A DNA stretch of 64,000 nt from Tricharina praecox (Eukaryota): NCBI RefSeq assembly GCF_024521635.1, contig NW_026250403.1, forward strand, positions 2,976,001 through 3,040,000. The letters run 5' to 3'. Below, piece after piece: positions 34,636 to 46,992 of this stretch; positions within the stretch are counted from its first letter, which is position 1; every line of letters begins with the position of its first letter. The notes below the pieces were generated by a model. The model saw only the letters and a list, made by a program, of their open reading frames with translations. It made no database searches and was not told where the DNA came from. The translations under genes and the position numbers were made by a program.

Positions 34636-36698
34636 ATGTCTGACCGCACACCCGTCGACCGGTGCGTCTCGTCCCGCGCTATGTCAATCAAATTTCCGCA
34701 GCGGGAGCAAAGTTTGCCCGCCAGAAGTTCCACAGATTTTCAGTCGTGAGAGCACCTTCTTATGCGCCGTCTCCCTGGTGACATACTTACACTAGAACAG
34801 CTGCAGGAGCTTCGGCGGAACCACTCTCCGATCTTTCCAAGATCCTCAGAGTCACAGTCCTGACACAGAAGCCATTGCCAAGCTGGGAATCAGAGAGTCG
34901 CAGGCGGTATGGGGCACGTTGTTTCGATTTTGGAGTGGCTACTGACAATATCTAACAATAGTACACGTCAAAGATGGCGAACCAGAACTTTGACCTCAAG
35001 ATGAAATTACACTACGAACAGAAGAAGTCCGAAGCCTGTGTCAGAGCCATAGAAAAGCTCCAGAAGACCTGTCGCCAGAAAGATGCGGAAAACGAAGAGC
35101 TTCGTCGGGAGAAGGCTGAGCTCGAAGCACGAATCCAGTTCCTGCAAGAAGAGTTGGACAAACAGGCACTTGTCGTCGAGGATGCCCAACTCGTGAACGA
35201 GTCCTACCAGAAACGATTCGTGGAGCTTCATGCAAGACTCGAGCAGTACCACGAAGAGGTAACCCCAAGGTACATCAAACAAGTGATTGCAAAACTCGAT
35301 TCTATCGAGGACATGCCATCCGCTACTGGGTTACGCATGAAGGTCACACACACCCGAAGCGACTCCGAGTTCTACTCGACACCAATCCGATGCCACAATA
35401 TTACACCTTCCCAAGAAAGTGCACCTTTTACCCCCCCAGACATCAATAGCGAGGAAGAAAGCGAGGAAGAGTCCCAACATTCTAGCGGTCGCTCGTACCC
35501 GTGTCTCTCACCTGCCTTGCCGAGTGAAGAAGACCTCACGAGCCTGTATGGTCAGAACGATAGCGAGTCCGAGCTTCCACAGCTTCCCATCGGACAACAA
35601 TTGCCTTCAAGGACGCTTCATGAGATAAAACAGCAAATGGAGGCTAGAGCCTCGTACTTCGAAGACGCAAAGAAACGCTTGGATGGATTTGCGGAGGTTG
35701 CTGAGGAGGCGCTATCCCCCGTTCGGAGGATTGGAGAAGAGCAACACCAGTCATCGAGACATTTTCACATTCGTATGGGCTCCCGGAGACATTCAGATTT
35801 CTATGAACAGGGGTCACAAAGCGAGTGTTCCTTCGAGATAGTGAAAGCGTCAAATTCTAAGGCTTCTGCAAACGCTAAAGGCAAGGATATCGAAGCTGTA
35901 TCGCCAGCAACTGCGGTCCAAGCCTCGGATCCTCGTACAAGTTTGCTGCCCACTCCGCCGCCGTCATCGCCTGTGTCAGACATTTGGATCGATCAAGCCC
36001 GCACGAGCTCATCGAAGAGCACCTCGAGGCATCGTCGACTGCAGACACGTTATTCAAGATCGTACGCGAATGGTACTCCCGAGGTCCATGAAGACGCGAA
36101 TGTTATTTCCGAGTTCCGTGAAGAGGCGGATGGTAATTCCGAGTTCTATGAAGAGGCGGATGGTACTTCGGAGGTCCATGAAGGCGCGAATGGTACTCCC
36201 GAGGTCCATGAAGCACGCTATTCGAAAGCGTTACGAAGAGTATCAGGATTACCCATCCCACGTATGGGTGTTGGTGCGCTACTCATCTCAATGCAGCAGC
36301 AACGCTGTGAAGCCGCCTCCGAACACGACAAAGAAAGCGAAGCCAGCTTCTCTGGTGTGGAGCGCGCAGGCTCCTTTCCGTCCAAGATTGCTGCCGGTTT
36401 TGCGAGCGGAGTTGCTAGGTCTGCGAAGAAACTGGGCTTGAGTGGCACGAAAAAGCCAAAGGTGCCCATGTCGAGGACGACTTCGTCGGCGTCGTTGGTG
36501 AGGCGCTCAGTTGGTGACAGACGTTTGGTGCCGCCGCCAACACTGCCCTTCCCGGTCCTCGCCGAGAGGACAAGCTGGGAGTCGCTGAAGGACATGATCG
36601 ACGAGAAGGGCTTCCTGAGGACCACAATTGCGGCCAAGAACAAGATAAAGAAAACGAACAAGGGATGGGGAACTGGTCGGGGACAAGGGAGAGAGTGA
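34636..36698 (+). CDS. Coiled-coil protein with an N-terminal centrosomin motif 1 (Cnn_1N/CM1)-like segment; 5' exons approximate
   Basis: Splicing intron ~34907-34961 gives KLGIRESQAYTSKMANQNFDLKMKLHYEQ, which resembles CM1 (L-R-E-x-x-x-x-I-x-x-L-x-x-E-N-F-x-L-K-L). A coiled coil and a long disordered tail follow. Confidence 0.6.
36068..36215 (+). repeat. Coding 30-bp tandem repeat, about 5 copies of a 10-aa acidic unit
   Basis: ANGTPEVHED/ANVISEFREE/ADGNSEFYEE/ADGTSEVHEG/ANGTPEVHEA. Confidence 0.85.
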
Positions 36699-39600
36699 TG
36701 AAGGTTGTTGTTTCCACTCATGGTGAAGAAAGAGCTGGGATCAACAGAAAGGAACGATGTTTGTCTTTTGTTTGTTTTTACGTTCAGTTTGAACTTTTCT
36801 TCTACAGAATGACTTTTGTACTTTACTCGAAATCCTTTGCTTTATGTACATTACATCTGATGTGACTTGTGCTCAATGCTCATGTCCTGTACTCTTGTTT
36901 TATACATGTGGCGGGGAAAGGACAGAACACGACATAAAGTACATATGCTTACTGGAACGTGAGATGGATCTGCATAGCCAAAGAAAGGATGGTATTTGTG
37001 GGGTTTCCGGTTGCGCGAATCGCACTCTTTGTTTCGGGATGATCTGTGCTTCGAGGGCCTATAGTGTGTGATTCGTCACTGCTCTATTGTGAGTTACCAC
37101 ACCGTCAAGCGCGATAAATCGCGCTTGAGCGGTAATTGCAACTTCGGTTATCTTCCACCTCAATTTATGGGTTCTTGGATGCTTTGATATATGACAAAAT
37201 GTCTGGTTTATGGATGTTTATCTGAGTGGGATAATGCCTATAAGCATGCCACATGCCACATGCAGTCTTGCAGATCGGAACCGGGACGAGGAAATACCTG
37301 GTTGGTTGGAGGATAGCAACGGGATTGATGATGCTTGGAGGATTGCAGATGTTCCTCAAGGATGAAAGCTAGGAATCTATGGTCGATTGGTTGTGAACAG
37401 TGGGGGCCAAAGACAACGCAGTGATTGCAGGCGCTCCAAGAGGTTCGAAGTGTCTTCGGGCCGGAGTAGGGACCTTTCGTGTGGTGATTGTATCTGCGGA
37501 TTCCAAGGCTATGCACGTTTGGAACTGGCGAGTGGAATTGCGGGGGTGATCGTGAGCTTGCAGGATAGTTACCTAACGAACATGCGAATGTATGGTACCG
37601 TACCTTGGGGAAGTCGTATGTGATCAACGTCCCGGTGCGCCGGGCGGTCTCGGCGTGCAGATTGTTTGTGGTTCCCCAGAAACCGAGCTCAGCAGCTGCC
37701 GGAGCACCTGGCACACTGTGGGGAATGCCGGTCCCCATTAAAAACCCGTCCTCATGGATACACACAGCCGAATCTCATCCTCCGATACGAGTCAGCAAGA
37801 CTCAACGCCAGCAATGGTCAGGAGGTAGTCATGTGTGGATTCTGATATTGCTAGAAACTTTTGTTTTGCGGGCTGGGGTGCCCTCTGCTACCACCTGCGT
37901 GCGCGGTAAGGTACAAAAGTACCGGAGATTCAGGTGGGAGGGAGGACTCAGAGTCTTCTTCCTGGTGAGTTGCGTTGGGATATGACTCATGGACTAATCA
38001 AGGCTGTGTAAGTACTCATCATGTCTAACTCCGTGCGCGGGTGGTACTAACTGAGGTTACACAGGGCTATGTTAACATGTAGCGAGTTGTCAAATCCCAA
38101 GCCCGCCGTACTTTTGGTACTGGTCGTTTGCGAAAATCTACACCGTAATTCTAGTTGGGCAAACATAGCGCGGTTGGAGGCATGTGTGTATCGCAAGATC
38201 TGGACACGTCTCGGAGCTTGACCGAAGAGACACTTGTTATACCGCAACTGGACCGGACACGGCAAGAGTACCGCTGCGGTGACAGCTGTCCCGCCCGCCG
38301 GATTCTCTCTTCCCTTCTCGATGTCGGGAGATTTGAATAATAATAGCTATATGCCTCTATCTGATCCTTCTGGAAGAAGGAAGCTAGAGTAAAGAGCACG
38401 TCATGTAAGTAGAGCACCCACGGAGGGCACCCACACCGAGACACACTCACGGAGATAGGCATGTGGAGGTAGGAAGGAGATATGGATCGGATCTTACACA
38501 TATATGGGGGATGAAAGCCGTTCGTTTGTTGCAACTCTGTCTTCGGCCAAGGTCGACGGAGTCTAGGCTCAACCAGGCAGCATCACTCGTCCACCCCACC
38601 TCACCCCCCTTCCCCTCCATACTCCCCCCTCGCCTACCGCGCACCACAACCCATTTACGGCTGAACGACTGTCAGCCTTCCTTCGTGTCATGGACATCGT
38701 TCTCCGTGATGCGAGTGGTTGCATTTCAGTCATGCGCCCGGGCTGAAACTAATGCCACCCGGAGGTATGTGGTCTTCGGGATCTGTCCAACATATATAAA
38801 AGACATATTCTACCCTTCGGAAGTGGCAGCAATGACGCATTGAACGACAAACATGCTAAGTGATACAGGGAGGGTTAGTAAGTGTTGAGTCTGTCCTTAT
38901 TCTTCGAACGAAAGGTACTAACATCTCTTGATAGGTAATAGTGGTGTACACATCCCCATCGGCAGTCAATCGAACTCCACAGAAGTCGGGACACGACGGA
39001 CTGGTGCATAACTTGGCAAGAAGTGCACAGCCATAATTAATGTTGGCACGAACGACATTCACCAGAAATTTACCAAAACCGGAGAGACTCTGCAAGCAGT
39101 AAAGGCCAGCCGACGTTACTTGCCAGGTCTTTGAAGAACAAAACACGAAACTATGGTTGGTCTTTGGGGCTTCCTCGGCAGTGTCACAGAGTTAGCCATG
39201 CTCATTACCGACAGAAGCTTACCAGCCATCCCGAGCCGGTATCGTATTGTGCGAAGTTGAAGATCTCGATATCTCACAACCAGAGGAGACACGAAACTCT
39301 CCCCTCAGAGATGCAGACCACTCGCCAAAATCTTGAGTTGAGATCGTCAGGAAAGATGTGGAATTTATCTCGGGATCCTACCGCCATTAATGCTCGAATC
39401 AGTACGCAACGAAACAGCTTGAAACATAAGAAGGTTGAAGGAACGATTTGCAATGCGAGCTTGACTGCGTTCAAGCATACGTGTTCGGACGATCCCATTC
39501 CTTGGCTGCTCTCGTTCGATCGAGCCTCGCCAGCTCTTTCGCGTCCATGGACTACGCATCGTCTTCGAGTAAGCGGGAATGTTAAGGGGAGCGCGCCAGC

Positions 39601-42600
39601 ACGGCCAAATCGAACGCGTGTCGATTCTTTGTATTATTTATTGTACTGGGGAACTAGGATGCGTGGAGATGGCGTGGCGGCGGCCGTACCACAGTACCGC
39701 CACAGTGCTGCTGCGGTCAGATATTTTACTAGTACACCACACAACGGCGCCAAATACCACATTAGAAGACGGTTTCATTAAGAGATTTGTGTGTACAGAG
39801 CTGGATCAAAAGGAACCATCTTACCTTCATAAGATTGACGTTGCGAATCATTCGGAAACCCAAAGGAAGGAATGCCGGAATTTAACTGCGCGTATTCCAG
39901 TCCAGCCAGCCATCGGTGGCTTAGATGTTTGTTTATATTCGCCACCATGAAGGAGTTTTAAAGGAGCTCAATGGCCTTTCTTCTCACATTGCTAAAATTT
40001 CTCACCATCAGTCAACAGTCATTATTGAGGGAAATACATACGACGAAAATGCGCACGCGCAGCACTCACTCGACGAGGCCCGGACGCCAATATTCCAAGC
40101 CGGGCTGCACACGGAAGTTCGCAGTGTACAGGGCTCGAAGGGAGCCGTCGAGCAGTGGACGCGCCTCGGGCCTATGTGTCGAAGGATAATAAAGTGGAAA
40201 AACGGTCGAGCAGGTCAGTCGCCCTAGCATAGTTGAGGGAGTGCAGCACCTAACGTATTTCATATGCAGGAAGAGTCGTTGGCCTGGTGAATGCGATGAG
40301 CAACGGCTGCCATGCTTGAGAACTCACTTAGCCCATCGAACGGGCCATCGGAAGTCTCCGATGTCGAAGTCGACCTCGAGGATGCTCAACTCACCTCAGT
40401 CGACCTTGCGGGGCTCAGCAAGCCCAGTCACCAGATCGCCGCCTTCTTCCTCCACAGCGGCACCGTCAGGAAAGGACGTTCGAAGCGCTCAAGGCATAAT
40501 TCGAGTCATCCGGCCCCCGCCCTCGTAACAGCTCCGGTTGACGCGGTCACCAACGAATCCCCCAGCAAGGAATCCCAAACATCGTTGCGGAGACGCACAG
40601 ACTGGCAATGCTTCGCTTGCGCGCACGACCCCGTCGACAAGACATGTTTCGGAGATTTTCTAATTTGGCGCAAGTCGCGTGGCTCGCTCGAGAATCTTCT
40701 AGCAACACCTGGGTCTCAGATGCGCCGTCAATCGGGGTGGACGAATCGATAAGCTTGGTGTCACTCTGTCAGAGGGTTGCTCATCCGTCAGTGCACCAGC
40801 CTCGCACTTTTTTCTCCATTGGAGCATCGGCGGAGCGACGAACCATGAGTCAAACGATTTGATTGCCCTACGAGGAGATTTTTCCGACATCACATTACAT
40901 CTTCCAGCTGGTTGTGAAACTCGCTACTACCCGACTCTGTTTCTGCGACTCGCATATCGAAGATCCTCTGATGAGGTGGACCATGTGGACCCACCACAAC
41001 TCGGTGACGCCAATGCGGAATATGATGGCAACGCCTAGTGAGTTTTTGTGTCCGGGTGCGGTGACTGAAGGGCGCATAGGATGGAGGGCGGGGGAGGGGG
41101 AGAGGGGAGGAAGACGGTGAGTATTGGGGCGGGATACAGCAGTGGCAGTAGTTGTGGGCTGCGGGCCCCAGGAGAGCCCGATCTGAATGATCGCGCTACC
41201 TGTCTTCTGTCAATCTGTATAGCAAAATCCGGTCAGCCGCCATGATGCCTTGTCATGACGCTATCCATGTACTAGTACATATCACTGCGCATCTTACTGT
41301 TTACTAATAACCAGAGCCCACTTTGTTCTCGGACTCCGGGGGTTGACGGCGCTTTCATTGTATCTGAAGTACCTCTGAACTTATCCGCGCTGGATGACTG
41401 CGCAGGAAACCATAGGTATCCAGATCACGAGCTACCCGACGGAGAGGTAATTCCCTTCCATATCATCGCAACCGACCGGAGCGCGGGCCCAGATCATGGC
41501 CTCCGGCGTAACGTCCTTAACAGGTGTAACTTGAATATGCACACTTGCTAGGAACGGCGCTGACTTCCCCCGCTTAAAACCAATTTGCATAGGGCACTGC
41601 TATACCATGTTATGCATATTGCTTCTCATGGTCGCCAGGTCTCCGCGAGCCCGTGAAGTGCGGGCGGCCGGAGGTTTCACTGCACCGAGACCGAAGTCAT
41701 ACCGTGGGCACTTGCTCATGGGCCTAATAGTTCCGTTTCAGCAGAAAATCCCCATTTTCCATCATCTTTCGTCATTCACAGCCACTTTTCTCTACTGTTT
41801 CGACTCGTTGTGTCACCGCGTTGGGCATCGGGGGTTTAGGGAATGGTGGGGGTTTTGGCGCGGCTCCCTGGCTTGGCTAGCCCTTGTCTGCCTAATTGAT
41901 TCTCGTCCGCAACATCATTCGTCCACAGCTCTGCGCCGCCATTGAGAGGGGGGGACAGAACGTCTCCACGCCCACAACCCCAATGTCTCTACTAGCCGAT
42001 CCCGCACACCGCCCCCGCCCCCCTCACCTCACCGCAGTGAAACTGCGGGTACAACATGCAACATGTACAAAACTACTTCCCCCCCTCCGACTCACTCTTA
42101 CTGTCGGTCAGTAAATCTTGTATCTCTTCAGGAATAGTGCTTTGCTGACATCGCAGTAACGGCCAGGCAGGCACCGTCCTAAACCCCCGTCCGCGCACTC
42201 ACTTGGTATTCCGCAGGTTCTAACTACAAGTCCCAGCCAGATGTCATCTTTCCTACCCTTGTCATCCTGTTTCCCGGGGTCACAGATGCCCGCACAAGCA
42301 GCCTTACAGCCAAACACCGGATAGCTACCGCTGCGGGATGAGTGATGCGGGCCCCTACTATCGGGACCCACGTCTCGAGTCCGCATCTCTCACGCACACC
42401 AGTTCTTACCACCCCAAAGAGCTACCAGTCTGGTCGAGTCATGGCTCTTGATTTTGCGAATCTAAACGTGGCGAAGGCGGGGTCCCTGACGTATGGGAGC
42501 TTCCCGTTCGCTGCCCGCGCTTTGCACTGGAAATATGACTGGCTCCAGGCCACAGAGCTCTGTTTGGCTGTGTTCACTCCCCGCGGGAGCACCAGCTACA

Positions 42601-43284
42601 GGTATCGGCCAAAGGTCCAGCGGGTGCGCCTTCGTACGAGGGATTCGAATATCCACCTGCTGGGACGACACCCCTGCTGGATCACGAACTACCGAGAGCA
42701 TTCGTTCGCACCACATCGCTCTCATTCTCGAATGTTTGCGCGCTGAATCACCTCTGACGTTGGCGAACACTCGTGTCATGGGGTCCGGTAGTTTCTCATG
42801 AACACGGTTAATCCCGGATTGAGGAGGGCAGCGACGGTTGATGCCGCTATCAGAAGAGCCTGTAGCCTCTGCGCAACACCAAAGGGCATCCTCAATTCTC
42901 TTCACAGGCCTTGTTTGCGTCTGGTGGCTTAGAGTAGAGTACCTCTGACCCCCTTGGCGGGCTTTGTCGTTTCCTGAGGGTTTTCGCTTCAATCTCTGCT
43001 ATTGCTCATACCGAAGCCTACCTGCGGACCAGTATAAGAATCCTCTGATCTGGCACTTTTATGAAAATTATTCTCACAGACTCACACGCATACACAGACA
43101 CGCACACGCATACGCACCCGCACCCCCCAATCTCATCTCCAGCTCACTATTTGAGATTCACCAACAGCTCTACTATCAAAAGCACTTTGACTGCCAGCTC
43201 GAATACCCAAAGCTCCCCAACCATCTTCAGCGCTCCATCTTCATTTTAGACATCCTTTCCAGACCCACCGCAACTTTCCGCAAC

Positions 43285-43619
43285 ATGTCGTCTGTTTGGT
43301 ACTGTGTAAGTCCTCCAGTTCACTATCCTGCTTTCTCGAATACCTTCTGACTTCTTTGTAGCCTCGCTGTGGCTTCGGTCCTCTGAATCCGACCATTGAT
43401 GCGGCGTGTGCCAACTGTGGGTGGTACCCTGGCCAGCCCAAGCGGCATACTGTCGAGTTCGAGGTCCATACCGACCACGAGCACATCAACGAACTTGCGG
43501 AGTCTTCCTTATGCTCCTATTCGTCAATTGCTTCATATTCGACTACTCAGCAAACGTCCCTAAACGACGCACTCTGCGAGTCGTTAGAGACGCAAATATC
43601 GACATATCTACGTTCTTAG
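43285..43619 (+). CDS. Small zinc-ribbon microprotein (92 aa, RanBP2-like W-x-C-x2-C-x12-C-x2-C); not shown as one ORF in the track
   Basis: caacATG start; exon 1 MSSVWYC; intron GTAAGT...CTGAC...TAG at 43306-43361; exon 2 PRCGFGPLNPTIDAACANCGWYPG...STYLRS*. TATAAG near 43033 and a T-rich downstream region. Confidence 0.75.
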
Positions 43620-44812
43620 AATGTTTATTTGCTTCCCCTGAGCCTTCATCCGTCCATTCGACAGATATATGACTCAGCGATGTGTTTCCTCCGGAGTTTA
43701 GCGATCTAGAAGGGATAAATTGGTCATTTGGCCATGGACCGGCGTTTTTTTTTTCCTTTCGTTTCATGTTCCTTTGTACCGGCGCGATTCGACCATACAC
43801 GACGGTTTCTGTCATCCCTCTCTCCAATCAGTTGCATGCCTTCGACTTCAGCCGTATCATTATTGGATGGTACGGTGGGCGACTGGTTACACTAGGCCCG
43901 GCCTCCGTCACTCGATAATCCTTTTCCACGGATGCTGTGCCTAGCTGATTCTTTCTTTGGTTCTCTTTTCCTTTGATCGCCTCTCATGTTTTTCTTCTTT
44001 CCGTATTTCCTGTTGATCCTTGGGTGGTTCCTTCCGGTCCATTCCTGTGGTTCTTGTGGAAGCCAGCAGTGGCAGCATACTCGGACTATTTGCGGCCGCA
44101 ATATTTCTAGGTGTGCCCAACAATATTCACAGGATCGGACCGACCAGGCTGTGTTACTCGACCCATCCACCAGGATACTGGGATTTACGCTTTGCTTTTT
44201 GTCGCCGGTTAGAATGTGTTTTTTTTCTCTTTGCTCTTGTATCTGTTCTATTTCTATATCAGTCATTACTCCTATTGCCCCTTTTCATTCTTATTTCGTC
44301 ACTAGATCTTTGGGCTACAGCTTTGGTTTTTTTCTCCTTTGTTCTTATATTACATGGATCGATCGTTTGGGAATACACGGATGCCGCGAGGCCCATATCC
44401 ATTCCACATAAGCTGTTCGACGCTTCTCCTGTGCCCGTGGTGATTTTTCTCTCGTTCCAGTGCTCAATGCTTTGAAGCGCAGTTCTCAGTGCGTGCGTAA
44501 ACCGCAAGTCCCAGACATGCATGACGACAGAGGCGAGTATGAATTCATGAGGGAGCCTTGAGGTCGGTTGTGCAACCACTGTTGCCTGTGCCTGTGCCAA
44601 GTGCCTAGTGTAGACCATCCTCCATCCCCACTGAATTCCAAACTTCTTCCCCTTTCATGTCTTCCCCTCGATCTTTCAGGGGATTTACTATTTACTCGAA
44701 TGAACGCTATTTACCAGGAACGGCTTTGAAGCGGCTGGAAGAAGTGATGGATAGTTAGGGCGGATTACTGTCACTGATGGTGCTCACACCCCCGAGTAAA
44801 CTCGGTGCTCAC

Positions 44813-44850
44813 CTCACCACCACCACCACCACCACCACCACCACCACCAT
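44813..44850. repeat. (CCA)n microsatellite
   Basis: About 11 CCA units. Confidence 0.9.
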
Positions 44851-45380
44851 CATCATCGCACTACTGTTGCTGTCGTGTATGTGCAGTGGCGAACAGTGCC
44901 CTGTGGGAGTGCAACGTGCCACAGGCCAGGTTCCGGTTGTTTTTGGGTTATGATTTTTTGATGTTTCCGATGTTCGGGTGCATGACACATGGTCTGGCCA
45001 TGCAGCATCAATTTAGGGCTGCGAGGTTGGGCCTATAGGAGCCTGGTAATCAGGATTCAGAACTGGGTGGCGAACTCAAATTTGAGGCGAGCTTCCGGAC
45101 GAGAAGGGCGGCCGCCGGCCGGCGAGTCGTTGACCGCAATTCCTAGCCGCGTATGTGTGTGCATACTGACTTGAGCATTTCCGTATTATCCACCCAATCA
45201 ACTGACCAACTAGCTAGCTAGCTAAACAATGCAGGCGTGTCCTTTTTTCCGGATGGTTGGCTGGTAGACCACCGTGCTTTGTCGCCATAAATAAGCACCA
45301 TACGCGGGAACATCCGTAGGTATGTATGCATACTCACCTCAGTATGTAGGCAGATCTCATATCATGCTGTGTCCTTGTAG

Positions 45381-45913
45381 TGTTCCTGCATCACTACCCA
45401 CGGCTGCTGTCTTTGATGACATTGACTGCATCAATACATCATACCGCTAAATGAATCTTTGGATATAACTGAGCCATCGGATATTTCAGGAGTATAGGTA
45501 GGTAGACTCGACGACAAGGTGATACGGCGGTGAGAATGCGCACACTGCTCCAGTATGTCGCTCGTAATCCGTATGAATGTACATACTTGGTTACTGTGTC
45601 TACTGCACATAGTGAGTGACTGACGTACGAATGGCCATAGGTAGAGTAGGTATGTTCCTGCATCACCAGCCACGGCTGCCGTCTTCGATGACATTGACTG
45701 CATCAATACATCATACCGCTAGTTGAACAATTGGATATAACTGGGCCATCGGATAAATTTCAGGAGTATGTAGAAGTAGGCTCGACGACCAGGTGATACG
45801 GCGGTGAGAATGCGCACACCGCTCCAGTATACTGCTCATAATCCGTATGTACTGTACATACTTGGTTACTGTATCTACTGCACACAGTGAGTGACGTGCG
45901 AATGGCCATAGGT
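45381..45913. repeat. Tandem duplication, period ~272 bp (45381-45642 and 45653-45913)
   Basis: Both copies read tgttcctgcatcac...gatgacattgactgcatcaatacatcataccgcta...ggtgatacggcggtgagaatgcgcacac...gaatggccataggt. Confidence 0.93.
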
Positions 45914-46606
45914 TGGTGGGTAAAGAGGTACTCACAATTTAGTTACCGACTACTAGTATGTAAGAAACGGATGATTCCGAGACGCACATCCACCCAACCA
46001 AGGCGCGATGCGTGCAGGTCCACTCGCGGTCCAGGTCACTCGCCTCAAAAATCCGGTCCGGTCAAGCCTCAGGGGGTCCGATTTTCCGGCAGGTCCACGC
46101 ATCTGCAGCCTTGCGAGGCGAAAGTTGAAATTGGGGCTCGCCCACCCAGCGCATGCGCACATCGCATCGGTGCATGTACATGTGCATGTGCACTGCTGCA
46201 GCGCCGGCGCGCGTGCGCGGAGCCCCATGTGGGCTGGGCGGGGGGATCACACCGGTAACATGTATGCAGCCCTGAAAATGCCCACAGTGCGGTGCAATCG
46301 CCCGCCCACGCACCGGCGAACCCCCTTTACCCGTGCGGGGTGGGGCGGGCGGGGGAGGGCTAGATACATGGAGTACGCCGCCTGGTTGGTTCGAGTGATG
46401 GTGCAGCACCGGCCGCATATGTGTGGGTGTGCCACGGATAAATGCCCGTCGATCGCAGCCAATAGCGCGTGCATCGGATGTCTGCGCTAGTTACTGTACT
46501 CTAGACGTGGTGGTGGTTATTCAGCTGACGTACGCGGCTGCGGCTGCGGCCGCGGCTGTGATCACGGAGAAATGAGGTGGGATAAAATCACGGATTCGGC
46601 GTTGCA

Positions 46607-46992
46607 CTTTGAAACCGCCGGCGCGGACGGGGCTCCGGATGTCGACCCCGTCCCGAGCTCGGGGCCGGGGCTTCATCCAAACTCACTCTGGTGCTTCCCC
46701 TGTTTTTTTTGTTTTTGTTCGTTCATCCGACATCTCCCACTCAAAGAGCTGCCCGTCTTCAGGACATTGCAGCTCCACGTATCTGTATGATTTGTATATG
46801 CCCTTTGAACCCGCCGGCGCGGACAGGCACCGGATGTCGACCCCGCCCCCAGCCTCCGGCCCGAGCTCGAAGCCGGGGCTTCATTCAAACTCACTCTGGT
46901 GCCTCCGCTGTTTTTTGTTTTTATTCGTTCATCCGACCGTATCTCCCACGTGGAGAGCTACCCATCTCCAGGACATTTCCATGTATGTATGA
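46607..46992. repeat. Tandem duplication, period ~196 bp
   Basis: ctttgaa(a/c)ccgccggcgcggac...ccggatgtcgacccc...gccggggcttcat(c/t)caaactcactctggtgc...T-run...caggacatt, starting at 46607 and 46803. Confidence 0.9.

Noticed and set aside
37200-41100. Short protein-like fragments suggesting pseudogene or transposon relics
   Set aside because: Many stops and no recognisable RT, integrase, transposase or kinase motif; needs tBLASTx.
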